Assembly (NCBI GenBank): GCA_034530615.2
Contig: JAVRCV020000010.1
Location: forward strand, 1 to 64,000
Direction of reading: 5' to 3'
From: Aulosira sp. ZfuVER01
Lineage (GTDB): Bacteria > Cyanobacteriota > Cyanobacteriia > Cyanobacteriales > Nostocaceae
Length of the DNA stretch: 64,000 nucleotides
Part shown: one piece after another, positions 19,777 through 29,447 of the stretch
Numbering within the stretch: position 1 is the first letter of the stretch
How the letters are laid out: each line of letters begins with the position of its first letter
Translations under genes and position numbers: made by a program
Notes under the pieces: model-generated
The model's database searches: none
Seen by the model: the letters and a program-made list of their open reading frames with translations, nothing else
What the model was told of the DNA's origin: nothing

Positions 19777-21216
19777 ATGAATTTCAGTTTATTTCTTGTG
19801 CATTCTACTTGGGTTGCAGTGGCAGCTGCTATTCTCATGCCAACTTTAGCTAAAAGTGCAGATGCAGCAACTCCCCCAGAAAAGCAGCAAGCCCAAAGTA
19901 TTACAGGGACTAACTCTGCGCCAATTATCGATAATCTCAACCCGAATCCTAATCCTTTACAATTTCCTACCAAACCAGAGGAGGTAAGGATTCAGAGAAC
20001 TGTACCTCTGACTTTGGCTCAGGCTTTGGAACTAGCAAGACGCAATAATCGAACGTTGCAGGTAGCTATATTGCAGTTACAACGCAGCCAAAGTGCGGTA
20101 CGAGAAGCTCAGGCTGCTTTATTGCCGAATGCTAATCTTAGTACTAATTTAACTAACAGTGGTCGTGGTTTAAGTGGTGATTCATCTTCTTCATCCACCA
20201 CAACTTTCAACGGTCAAGCACAAATAAATTATGACCTTTATACCTCCGGTAATCGACAAGCTAATATTCGAGCAGCGGAAGAACAGGTACGTATAAATGA
20301 ATTGGATGTTGAAAATCAGTCTTTGGTAATTGGTTTAAATGTCTCTACCCAGTACTACAATTTGCAAGGAGCAGATGAACAAGTCCGAATTAATCAGTCT
20401 GCGGTAGAGAATGCTCAGGCTAGTTTACGAGATACACAAGCTCGACTGCAAGCGGGAGTAGGTACGCAATTCGATGTCCTGCAAGCGCAGGTTAATTTAG
20501 CTAATGCGCAACAACAGCTGACTCTGGCGCTCTCACAACAGCAAATTGCCCGTCGTCAGTTTGGTACACTATTAAGTTTGCCACAATCTGTTGATGTCAC
20601 AGCAGCCGATCCTGTGAAATTAGCCGGTCTTTGGCCGCAAACACTCGAACAAACTATTGTGCAAGCTTATCAAAATCGCCCAGAACTACCCCAACAGTTG
20701 GCGCAGCGAAATCTTGCTGAACAACAGCGACGACAAGCACTTTCGCAGCTAGGGCCACAAATTGGTGTGACTGGTAGCTATAGTTTACAAGACCGCTTTA
20801 ACGATAACATTAGCGTTACTGATGGCTATTCAGTAGGACTACAAGCAAGTTTAACTGTGTTTGATGGTGGAGCAGCAAGAGCAAGAGCCGATCAATCAAA
20901 AGCTAATATTGCGATCGCAGAAACGCAATTTGCTAGTCAGCGTGACCAAATTCGCTTTGATGTAGAACAGTTCTATTTTCAATTGCAATCTAATCTAGAT
21001 AATGTGCAGACTTCTACTGTTGCCTTAGAACAAGCTAGAGAAGCTTTGCGGATAGCTAGGTTGAGGTTACAAGCTGGCGTTGGTACGCAAACAGAGGTGA
21101 TTAACTCGGAAAACGACTTGACAAGAGCAGAAGGTAATCGAGTCTCAGCTATCTTAGATTACAATCGCGCTTTGGCTAATCTACAGCGTTCTGTTACTTC
21201 CAGATCTGTACGCTAG
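19777..21216 (+). CDS. Second TolC-family outer membrane channel
   Basis: Signal peptide and OEP repeats. Clearly paralogous to 1956..4151 (shared NPNPLQ(F/Y)PTKPEEV). Confidence 0.92.
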   Translation: MNFSLFLVHSTWVAVAAAILMPTLAKSADAATPPEKQQAQSITGTNSAPIIDNLNPNPNPLQFPTKPEEVRIQRTVPLTLAQALELARRNNRTLQVAILQLQRSQSAVREAQAALLPNANLSTNLTNSGRGLSGDSSSSSTTTFNGQAQINYDLYTSGNRQANIRAAEEQVRINELDVENQSLVIGLNVSTQYYNLQGADEQVRINQSAVENAQASLRDTQARLQAGVGTQFDVLQAQVNLANAQQQLTLALSQQQIARRQFGTLLSLPQSVDVTAADPVKLAGLWPQTLEQTIVQAYQNRPELPQQLAQRNLAEQQRRQALSQLGPQIGVTGSYSLQDRFNDNISVTDGYSVGLQASLTVFDGGAARARADQSKANIAIAETQFASQRDQIRFDVEQFYFQLQSNLDNVQTSTVALEQAREALRIARLRLQAGVGTQTEVINSENDLTRAEGNRVSAILDYNRALANLQRSVTSRSVR

Positions 21217-21379
21217 GGGACTTGCAAATAAAAAATAACCTATCGTGTTTAGGCTGAAGTTCCGGGCTAATAGCACCAGCTCACTCAAGTCGATTGAAAT
21301 CCCGGATTTATACAAATTCAAATAATCCCAATTTGAAAAAAGAATAAGACCGATGCATCTGTAGGGGCGGGGAAACACC

Positions 21380-21576
21380 CACCTGTGTCAACTTAAGCTT
21401 AGATGTATACAGCGTAAGTCTTTGAGGTTATCTCTCTTAGCACCATAAACTTTTGATCCCCCCTAACCCCCCTTTTTTAAGGGGGGAAAAGAATCAAAGT
21501 CCCCCTTAAAAAGGGGGATTTAGGGGGATCAAATATCTTGAGCAACAAAGCCTTTCACGTTAAGTTGACACCAATG
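21380..21576. mobile_element. 197-bp MITE (IS4-like ends), copy 1, with 9-bp TSD GGAAACACC
   Basis: TIRs CACCTGTGTCAACTTAA / TTAAGTTGACACCAATG. Direct repeats at 21371-21379 and 21577-21585. Inverted copy at 63612-63808. Confidence 0.85.
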
Positions 21577-22144
21577 GGAAACACCGCCCTTTGGTTTTTG
21601 GTATTAAAAGCTGAAAATATGGCATTGAAACCGTTACAAGCAATCTCAGCATAATTGTTTTTTGGTTGTGAGATTTTCTTGTTATTAGCTGTCTTCAAAG
21701 ATTGCTGAGTATTGAATTCTGAGTATTGAGTTAAGAGACATTAATTATTTCCCTTCTCCTTCTTGTCTACTGTGTCCCTTTTTCATACACGATCGTGAAA
21801 ATTGTATCATTGGCACTGCCTTATGGCTTTTTTGTCATTCCAAAAACCAAATTTTTTAAAAATCATAAGAGGACAAAATGAGAATTTACATTGAAATACT
21901 ATGCAGATATTAACGTAATTGTTTATAATTATTTCAACAGAAAAAATGTAAACTTTTTTGTAAGTTACGCACAAATATTATGAGTTGAGCTAAAGTGAAT
22001 ATAGGAAATTTACCTGCTACTTGAGAGAGTTTAAAAGTTCGCAACTACAAGAGCAATTGATAGATTTCCCGAAAAGATTTACTAAAAAATATAGAAATAT
22101 GCAACACGTATAAAAATATGTGTTGTGGCAAAAAGGAGGATTTT

Positions 22145-22543
22145 ATGAGTATTAGCAAAAGAATTGCGATCGCTTTATTTGCTGCTACTACTAGCTTGTT
22201 CAGTTTAGCTCCAATTGCTATGGCGGGTGAAGGTGGTGCCGCTGCCGCTGTATCATTCTCTGCCAACCCGTTAGGACAAGTAACCGGAGGCGCAGCCGCT
22301 GCCGCAGTAGGTAAACAAGATGCTGCCGCCGCTGCAACTAATAGACAAGGTGGTTTCTTCCAACCCACCACCAACACAGCTTCAGCATTAGGAAGTGCTG
22401 GTACTATCGAGATGACTACTCGGCCATCTGGAAGAGTTAGGATGCAAGGCAGTCCCGATCCCAGCCTAAATATCCGGCAAAGAAACAGGTTGAACAGTGA
22501 CGGAGTTTATGGTGAAGTCTTGGAAGAAGCCATTGAACATTAA
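22145..22543 (+). CDS. Small secreted Ala/Gly-rich protein
   Basis: AGGAGG RBS before ATG 22145. Sec-type signal ending AMA, then GEGGAAAAVSF...GGAAAAAVGKQDAAAAA. Confidence 0.75.
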   Translation: MSISKRIAIALFAATTSLFSLAPIAMAGEGGAAAAVSFSANPLGQVTGGAAAAAVGKQDAAAAATNRQGGFFQPTTNTASALGSAGTIEMTTRPSGRVRMQGSPDPSLNIRQRNRLNSDGVYGEVLEEAIEH

Positions 22544-22906
22544 TCATTACTTGTTTGGTATCGGTACTAATTTATATTTGTCAGGTTGCTCTATAACCTG
22601 TGTCAATGTTTAATCTAGATGACCAGGATCGGTATCTCCAAACTCTATTAAGTAGGCGGAAAAAATAAATGTAGTGTCACTATAATTAATAACCCGGTTT
22701 CTACCCTAAGAACAGCAGCTTAGATGAAGGTAAGAAATCGGGTTTCTTAATAAGCTAATACTGATTGAAATTTGATATTTTTGCGTGAAGTATGTTTTAG
22801 GCATTAGTCCTTTGTAAATAGGGCTTATACATTCACAGGAAATACTAGAGGATTGCTATTTGATTTTTGAACCTATACATAGGTGGAGCCACTGCGTGTG
22901 AAAAGA

Positions 22907-22941
22907 AAGATTCCCAACTTGTTTAACAAGTCGGGAATCTT
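22907..22941. terminator. Palindromic hairpin between convergent genes
   Basis: AAGATTCCCAACTTGTT-T-AACAAGTCGGGAATCTT. Confidence 0.5.
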
Positions 22942-22984
22942 GTTGTTTAAATTGTGAAGGAAGAAAGTCCTCACTACAGATTTT

Positions 22985-23662
22985 TTAGAATGCTCCTATT
23001 CTGCCAAAGATGACGTAGAATGTTTTCCAAATTAAAAATAAGTCATACAATGGATGCCAATTGTTCTGGTATTGCAAGTCTAAGTCAACGATTTGTTCAA
23101 AATTGTTCACTTGAGAACGTCCGTTAACTTGCCATTCACCAGTTAAACCAGGTTTGACGTTTAAACGACGCCAATGTTTTTCCGTATATTTAATAACTTC
23201 ATCACCTGTGGGTGGCCGGGTTCCGACTAAGCTCATATCATTGCGGAAAACATTCCAAAATTGAGGTAGTTCATCTAAGCTGGTGCGTCTTAAAAAGCGA
23301 CCGACTTTAGTAATTCGGAAATCATTTTTGTTTTTAAATATGAGTCCATTCGCTTCGTTATTGACTAAGGACTTTAATTGCTCTGCATCACTAACCATTG
23401 ACCGGAATTTATAAAGACGAAATGGGCGTCCTTGCAGCCCATAGCGTTGTTGAGCAAAGAAAATTGGCCCGGGACTATCAATTTTAATAGCGATCGCTAT
23501 CGGCACAAATAAGATTGCTAAAATCAATAGCCCTACCAAACTCCCCAAAATGTCTAAACAACGTTTAAATTTAGACCTTACTGAGGGATGAGAAGTAGAT
23601 TCTAATTCCCAAGCTCTAAACGAGATATCTGAAAAAATTCCTTGTAATTGTGTTTGATGCAT
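22985..23662 (-). CDS. Sugar transferase (priming phosphoglycosyltransferase, Bac_transf family)
   Basis: KRCLDI, YKFRSM, RTSLDELPQFWNV, MSLVGTRP, KPGLTG.WQV. Confidence 0.93.
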   Translation of the reverse strand: MHQTQLQGIFSDISFRAWELESTSHPSVRSKFKRCLDILGSLVGLLILAILFVPIAIAIKIDSPGPIFFAQQRYGLQGRPFRLYKFRSMVSDAEQLKSLVNNEANGLIFKNKNDFRITKVGRFLRRTSLDELPQFWNVFRNDMSLVGTRPPTGDEVIKYTEKHWRRLNVKPGLTGEWQVNGRSQVNNFEQIVDLDLQYQNNWHPLYDLFLIWKTFYVIFGRIGAF

Positions 23663-23914
23663 GATCCTGGCTCAATTAACAAAGGTAGAATTACTTAGTC
23701 TTAAAGCGTTTTTATTAAACTCAGATTTTTTGCGCAAGAAAAAATCAGTATGTGTGGGGATACAGTTTTTCCTTAGCTCATTCCGGGAACTTGGTTAACG
23801 TAAGTAGGTTTTTTCTCTAGCTCATGTTTAATCTTCATAAGTGATATTGGTGATTGTTGATTTCCTACTGCATATATCTGCGTTTATTGCTGCGATCGCT
23901 CCTACCCTCCAGGC

Positions 23915-26146
23915 TTAAGTAGGGTTAAAATCATCCATCAGGGGATCAACAATTTGACAAGTCTCAAGACGAGAGAAGAGAGTAACGCACAATTCCCACC
24001 AAGCAGCAGTGGCGATCGCACTATGCCACTCCCAAACACCTAACACTTTGACACGCCAAGCCTGCTCAATAAAACCGACATAAGGTAGATGTCCTATAGG
24101 AGTTTCTCCTTGCCAAATGAGATTGTCATAATCAACCCAAGAGTCTTTGAGACGCCAACCAACGCGATTGACAAAATCAATACAGGTTTCTGAAGCAGCC
24201 ACTCTAGCGTTACCAATCATCAAAGCCAACACAGGGTCAGTAGCAGAATTACTTTTCATACTCTGCCAGATACGGTGCTGGACGCTAAAACCGAAGCGCC
24301 CATGACTATAACTTACCCAAAGTGTGTCAATTGTATAAAGATCTTTACAAGGAAAATTTTTGAGACTGTCGAGATCCAAGTAGCGCTGATGTTCTCGTCC
24401 AGCTACCTTCAATATAAGAGTTGTAGTTTCTCGATCCGCCTCTAACCATCGTTGAGCTTGGAGTAAATCCTGCAGATGAGTGTAATCTATCCCTACTTCA
24501 GAACTCAAATCATCAGGGGTGGGACTGCTAGTATCTTCAGGCTGTTCATGGAAACGATCGCTAGAAAATAAGGTTTTTCCTGGTAAGACTTCTACGATCC
24601 CTTGAGATCCCGACAACCAAAAATATAAATTGATGTCGGTTTTTGCCAATTGCACTTGCAATTGTGTAATCCAACCTGCGGCGGTGAGTCCTGTTGGTTG
24701 CATCCCCTGATTAAGGGTTTCTAATAAAGAAGTAGCAAATCTTTCACTTTCGTGAGGTGGTACAGCAGCAGTAATTAAACACTGTCCTGCATCTAATCCT
24801 AGTTGTAAATCTTCTAGCCAATCACGTACCGATACTGTTCTGACTTCCTGTTCTACCGGACAATCTAACACAATAATTTGTTGCGATCGACATCGACGTA
24901 GCTGTTTTCTCAACCATGAGCGATGGATGACAATATCATCAGACAGTAATAATACCGCTTCTCCCTGTTCTGTCTCTTGAATTTGCCCTCGCAGATATAA
25001 AAATACCGTGGCGGCGGCTTCTGGAGTATTGGTTGATTCGTTGTTAAAAGATTGAGATAGCAAGCACTTTTGAATGGCTTTGCGTACATCTGACTGGGGA
25101 TTTTTGCCGCGTACAGTCCAATAATTGACTGCAAAACTCCCGGCGGTGCTGAGTATTTTACTCAAAGCTAAGGAAGTTTTACTTTTCGGAAGTCCTTCTA
25201 CAACTAACGCCTGTCGCGGATGTTGAGAAGATTCTGTTTTTTTGGATTTCAGTCCCAAAATGACTTCTCCTACTCCTTCGACAATGCGCTTAGGCGTTTG
25301 TGAAGGATATTCGGAATGTATTGAGTTGTCCCCACGTCCTTTTTTGAGTTGATTAATGACTCGCAACTGCTGATTGGCTTTATCTATATATATGAGTGTT
25401 TGGTGATAAACATAGCGGTAAAGTCCATCTGCTTCGATTACACCTTGAGAGTCAGCAGCTTCTCCTTTTAGCCCTCGGATTAAATAGTATGTGAATACAC
25501 CATGCCCTAGTTGAGGGAATTCCCAAGATTGCTGTCCACGATCGCAAGATAATAGAGCATAAAATCCTTTTCTCTGGGCAGCTCGTTGTCGCAGCACTTC
25601 CACCAACTCTAGTGTAGGGTTGAGTTGGGAGTCTGTTTGGCCTCTAGCACCCAATAGCGTCATCCCACCGCTATGACAAGCATCTAATATAAGTAATTGC
25701 TGCTGGGCAGAACAATTCTCTAAAAGTTGTAAAACTTCCTGTAACTTTAAACCAGTGTCTATTAATTTTTCTTTTTGAGTATCTTGCAGACACAGCACCA
25801 CCTGCTGACTCAATGGATCTAGCATCCCATGTCCGGAAAAATAAAATAGAACAGTGTCAATGGGTTTGGTAGCGGCTACGATTTTTCTCAGACTAGCCAG
25901 AACATTTTCTACCTTTGGTTGTTGGGAGGCAAAATCGTGGTAAATCATCACCTCTTTTTGCGGAAATGCTTGTGTTGCGGCGTTTAATGCATCTCCTAAA
26001 CCTTGACAGTCCAATGCTGAGTAATGCAAACAAGGTATTTGCTCATCCTCATATTGGTTCACACCCACCAGTAACAGCCAAAGTTTTGCTACACCGGTTT
26101 CTAGGGAATGAGTTGAGTGACTAGTACGAACCCCAACTGGACACAT
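23915..26146 (-). CDS. Caspase-family (Peptidase C14) protein with C-terminal GUN4 domain
   Basis: Catalytic FSGHG and LDACHSG. GUN4 motifs W.EADRET, DL.TID.LW..YS.G.FGFSVQ..IW, GHLP. Confidence 0.88.
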   Translation of the reverse strand: MCPVGVRTSHSTHSLETGVAKLWLLLVGVNQYEDEQIPCLHYSALDCQGLGDALNAATQAFPQKEVMIYHDFASQQPKVENVLASLRKIVAATKPIDTVLFYFSGHGMLDPLSQQVVLCLQDTQKEKLIDTGLKLQEVLQLLENCSAQQQLLILDACHSGGMTLLGARGQTDSQLNPTLELVEVLRQRAAQRKGFYALLSCDRGQQSWEFPQLGHGVFTYYLIRGLKGEAADSQGVIEADGLYRYVYHQTLIYIDKANQQLRVINQLKKGRGDNSIHSEYPSQTPKRIVEGVGEVILGLKSKKTESSQHPRQALVVEGLPKSKTSLALSKILSTAGSFAVNYWTVRGKNPQSDVRKAIQKCLLSQSFNNESTNTPEAAATVFLYLRGQIQETEQGEAVLLLSDDIVIHRSWLRKQLRRCRSQQIIVLDCPVEQEVRTVSVRDWLEDLQLGLDAGQCLITAAVPPHESERFATSLLETLNQGMQPTGLTAAGWITQLQVQLAKTDINLYFWLSGSQGIVEVLPGKTLFSSDRFHEQPEDTSSPTPDDLSSEVGIDYTHLQDLLQAQRWLEADRETTTLILKVAGREHQRYLDLDSLKNFPCKDLYTIDTLWVSYSHGRFGFSVQHRIWQSMKSNSATDPVLALMIGNARVAASETCIDFVNRVGWRLKDSWVDYDNLIWQGETPIGHLPYVGFIEQAWRVKVLGVWEWHSAIATAAWWELCVTLFSRLETCQIVDPLMDDFNPT

Positions 26147-26358
26147 CTAAGCAATTTAAAATGAAAAACCCAATACTGGTAAGCATCTTAGCTGCCGACT
26201 GTAGATAAAACATACATAGAGCAGCTTTAATGAAAATGGTATCAGATTAAACAAGACGCGATCGCAGTAGAGTTAGTTCCAGAACATGGCAAATTAATTA
26301 CTTGTATCAAGTTCACTTAAATGCTTGTCATTGCGACATTTGGGAAGCAATCCCACAC

Positions 26359-26387
26359 AAAAAAAACCTCAGCTTGGCGGCTGAGGT
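26359..26387 (-). terminator. Intrinsic terminator of psb34
   Basis: Minus strand ACCTCAGC-CGCCAA-GCTGAGGT followed by a T-run. Confidence 0.75.
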
Positions 26388-26441
26388 GAGGGGGAGAAAA
26401 CCAAATGACGATGAGAGATAACGATACCGAAATCAGAAAAT

Positions 26442-26612
26442 TTAGCTAACGCCCAAGGCAACTAAAACTAGAGTAGTTACAAGCAATGTAGCGACTCCTG
26501 CTTGCAGTGCATAGCTGCGTTGTTTATCTTGGTCGGGGTAAGCAGCATAGTAAATTTGAGGTTCAGTTGCGTAGTTATTTAGAATGCCTTTTTCGTTAAT
26601 GGTGGTGTACAT
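26442..26612 (-). CDS. psb34: Photosystem II assembly protein Psb34 (Ssl1498 family), 56 aa; absent from the ORF track
   Basis: Hand translation MYTTINEKGILNNYATEPQIYYAAYPDQDKQRSYALQAGVATLLVTTLVLVALGVS. Has the LNNYA.EP motif and a C-terminal TM helix. Confidence 0.9.
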   Translation of the reverse strand: MYTTINEKGILNNYATEPQIYYAAYPDQDKQRSYALQAGVATLLVTTLVLVALGVS

Positions 26613-26625
26613 AGCTGTTTTTCTA

Positions 26626-26674
26626 TTTGTTAACTTATGTAACTAAATATAACAAGATTGTTACAAAGTGTCAA
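26626..26674 (-). promoter_or_regulatory. Sigma70-type promoter of psb34 with an HLR1 (RpaB)-like site
   Basis: Minus strand TTGACA-17 nt-TATATT, followed by GTTACATA-AG-TTAACAAA. Confidence 0.7.
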
Positions 26675-27292
26675 CAGGACTTGACAGCAAAAGATTTATC
26701 GCGTTAATAAGAAGCGCTTATCAGAGGAGAGGAAGGGCGATCGCGGTTGTGCTGCAATCCGTCGTAGGGAACGCCAATAAGATGACTGTGGATATTCGCT
26801 ATAACCTCTCTGCTCTCTGCCTTGTCATCACGACAATTTTTAACGCCGACTTAACTTATGGCAGAGGATGAAACAACGAGATTTACTGAAAAAACTGAAC
26901 TTCTGCTAAGTATTGAAGTGATAGGTTGCAGCAAAGCATATTTATTCTCTCAAAATATGGCTCTAAACTACCAAAATAGTGAAAATATAGAACCGCTGCG
27001 ATCGCTTTTTTGTATTAACTTCGCATTCACTATTAAGATTAAGTTTTCTTTCTTAACTAAACTCTTCATTAGTCTCAAAGCTTTGTCAAACAAGGCTTAT
27101 AGCTGCAAAAGCTATATAAAATTACCCTAAACTTTTTGGTTTTTTCTTTACTTAAGTTTACAGTAGTTTTCATTTATTTATAACATAATCCGGCGTTATT
27201 CTTGAGATTTTTGCACCTATACATGAGATAAAAAAAGATGTAGTTAATTCACCTAAAAGTCGCTGTAATCTGTTGATAAATATATTTCACCA

Positions 27293-27396
27293 TCCTATTT
27301 GATTCGTGAACTTACAAAGTAGAAGCAGACCACACGAAAAGAAGGGAAAGAAAGGAGGTAGATGTGTACGGAGTGTTTTTCAAAAATCAAATAGGA
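27293..27396. mobile_element. MITE-like element with 18-bp TIRs immediately upstream of pfkA
   Basis: TCCTATTTGATTCGTGAA ... TTCAAAAATCAAATAGGA (16/18 inverted match). Related ends occur near 22849, 34639-34730 and 35025. Confidence 0.65.
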
Positions 27397-27403
27397 GTCA
27401 GAT

Positions 27404-28483
27404 ATGGGACAAGGTAAGCGGATTGGCATTCTGACTAGTGGAGGAGATTGCTCTGGTTTGAATGCCGTAATTAGAGCGGTTGTTCATTGTGCTTGTGGAA
27501 AAGGTTGGGAAGTATTGGGAATTCGGCAGGCAACTGTAGGATTAATGGCGCGTCCACCGCAATTCACCAAACTGGAAATCGACCAAGTTGACCCACTGTT
27601 AACTTCTGGTGGGACAATGTTAGGAACCACCAACAAAGGCGATCCTTTTGCTTTTCCTATGCCTGATGGCAGTCTATGCGATCGCTCCGAAGAAATTATT
27701 GCAGGCTATCATCAACTAGGTTTAGATGCGTTGATTGGGATTGGTGGTGATGGGAGCTTGGCGATTCTCCGTCGCTTGGCACAACAAGGCGGGATTAATT
27801 TAGTAGGTATTCCCAAAACAATTGATAATGATATTGGTATTACCGAACACGCCATCGGTTTTGATACGGCAGTAAATATTGCCACAGAAGCACTGGATAG
27901 GTTGCATTTTACCGCCGCATCTCACAGTCGAGTCATGATTTTAGAAGTTATGGGGCGTGATGCCGGACACATTGCTTTAGCTGCGGGCATTGCCGGGGGT
28001 GCAGATGTGATTTTAATTCCCGAAATTCTCTACAATATGGATCACATCTGCTACCAAATTAAACAGCGCCAAGAGCAAGGCAAAAACTATTGTTTAATTA
28101 TTGTTTCGGAAGCAGTTCGGACTCAAGAGGGTGAAACTGTCACCTTAACAAATCGTTTCGGTGAATCTCGATATGGTGGGATTGGTCAATATTTAGCCGA
28201 TCAACTGAGCGATCGCATTGGTGCAGAAACGCGAGTTACAGTACTAGGACATATCCAACGTGGTGGAACTGCTTCTCCCCTAGATCGACTAGTAGCAGCT
28301 GCTTTTGGTGTAGCAGCAGTAAATCTCATAGATGAAGAAAAATATGACTACATGACAACCTGGCAGAATCGCCAAGTTCTCACTGTACCCATTGCGGAAG
28401 CGATCGCTCAATATAGAGCTGTCAACCCAGAAGATACTTTAGTGAAAACTGCTCGTGGTTTAGGTATTTATTTGGGCGATTAA
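27404..28483 (+). CDS. pfkA: ATP-dependent 6-phosphofructokinase
   Basis: TSGGD..G.N, GGDGS, PKTIDND, EVMGR, LGHIQRGG. Confidence 0.96.
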   Translation: MGQGKRIGILTSGGDCSGLNAVIRAVVHCACGKGWEVLGIRQATVGLMARPPQFTKLEIDQVDPLLTSGGTMLGTTNKGDPFAFPMPDGSLCDRSEEIIAGYHQLGLDALIGIGGDGSLAILRRLAQQGGINLVGIPKTIDNDIGITEHAIGFDTAVNIATEALDRLHFTAASHSRVMILEVMGRDAGHIALAAGIAGGADVILIPEILYNMDHICYQIKQRQEQGKNYCLIIVSEAVRTQEGETVTLTNRFGESRYGGIGQYLADQLSDRIGAETRVTVLGHIQRGGTASPLDRLVAAAFGVAAVNLIDEEKYDYMTTWQNRQVLTVPIAEAIAQYRAVNPEDTLVKTARGLGIYLGD

Positions 28484-28778
28484 TCAGGATAACACTCACA
28501 GTCTAAAAGCCTTCTCATTAACCATTTGCGCGGTAACAAGCAACAGGGAACAGGCAATAATTGAGATTGCTGAGATTCCCTGTGCGAGAAGGTTTTAGTT
28601 GTGTTTGCGATTTGTGACAGCGTCTCTAGTATGGACTAATTGAGATTCCCCCAATTATCAAAAATTCTTAAATAAGATTGTTATTAATGTTAATTTTCTG
28701 TGAAGACACAACAGATAATCACTCAGTATTTAAATCATACTGTACTTATAGAGGTTGTGTATTTATATTAGGTAAAAA

Positions 28779-29447
28779 ATGGTAACTATAAAGCGTGAAA
28801 TAATTACCCAAAATCCTCTTGTACGGAGACTGCTTTATATAACTGGGATTAGACGACCAATGGTGCCTCATGGTGTAGGCATGACATACTATCAGAAAAA
28901 CTCAGCTTGGGATCTAGGTAAAGATGGTTGCTCGTGCGATCTAGAGTTAGTTGAATATCTCAAGGAATCGAAAATTGAGGATAAAAGTATCTTTCATTTC
29001 GGTACAGGTATACACCACATAGTTGGTCTAGAAAATCAGAAGCTAGATCGACCAAATGAGATTTTAGGTATTACAGCCTCTGCTATTGAGCATCAAGCTT
29101 ATATTCAGTTAGTCTTTAAAGATACTTCACTAGCTAAATATTACAAAGTCATTTTCGTAGATATTTATACATTGACTGACAAAATTTTACCGAAGCTGGA
29201 TATAGCTACCCTGTTTCACTTGTGTGAATTTTATCTACCTGAGAATGCACCTATGATTCATCAAAATGATGAATCTTTGTTGCAACTAGTGATTGAAAAA
29301 CTTCATCCTGATGGCAAGATTATATTCTACACAGGTTCATTCACCTGGAGTAAGGCTCAACCTATTGTTCAAGCTTGTGAAGCATCTGGTAAAATCAAGC
29401 AAATTGATCGCTACAAAAGTCTGCTAATTTATGCTAAATTGCCCTAG
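28779..29447 (+). CDS. Hypothetical protein, possible class I SAM-methyltransferase-like fold
   Basis: IFHFGTG resembles motif I; later LDIATLFHL and LHPDGKII. The fold call is inference. Confidence 0.6.
   Translation: MVTIKREIITQNPLVRRLLYITGIRRPMVPHGVGMTYYQKNSAWDLGKDGCSCDLELVEYLKESKIEDKSIFHFGTGIHHIVGLENQKLDRPNEILGITASAIEHQAYIQLVFKDTSLAKYYKVIFVDIYTLTDKILPKLDIATLFHLCEFYLPENAPMIHQNDESLLQLVIEKLHPDGKIIFYTGSFTWSKAQPIVQACEASGKIKQIDRYKSLLIYAKLP

Noticed and set aside
26668..27130. ORFs 26668..26871 and 26858..27130
   Set aside because: No recognisable motifs; they lie in the AT-rich divergent promoter region between psb34 and pfkA.
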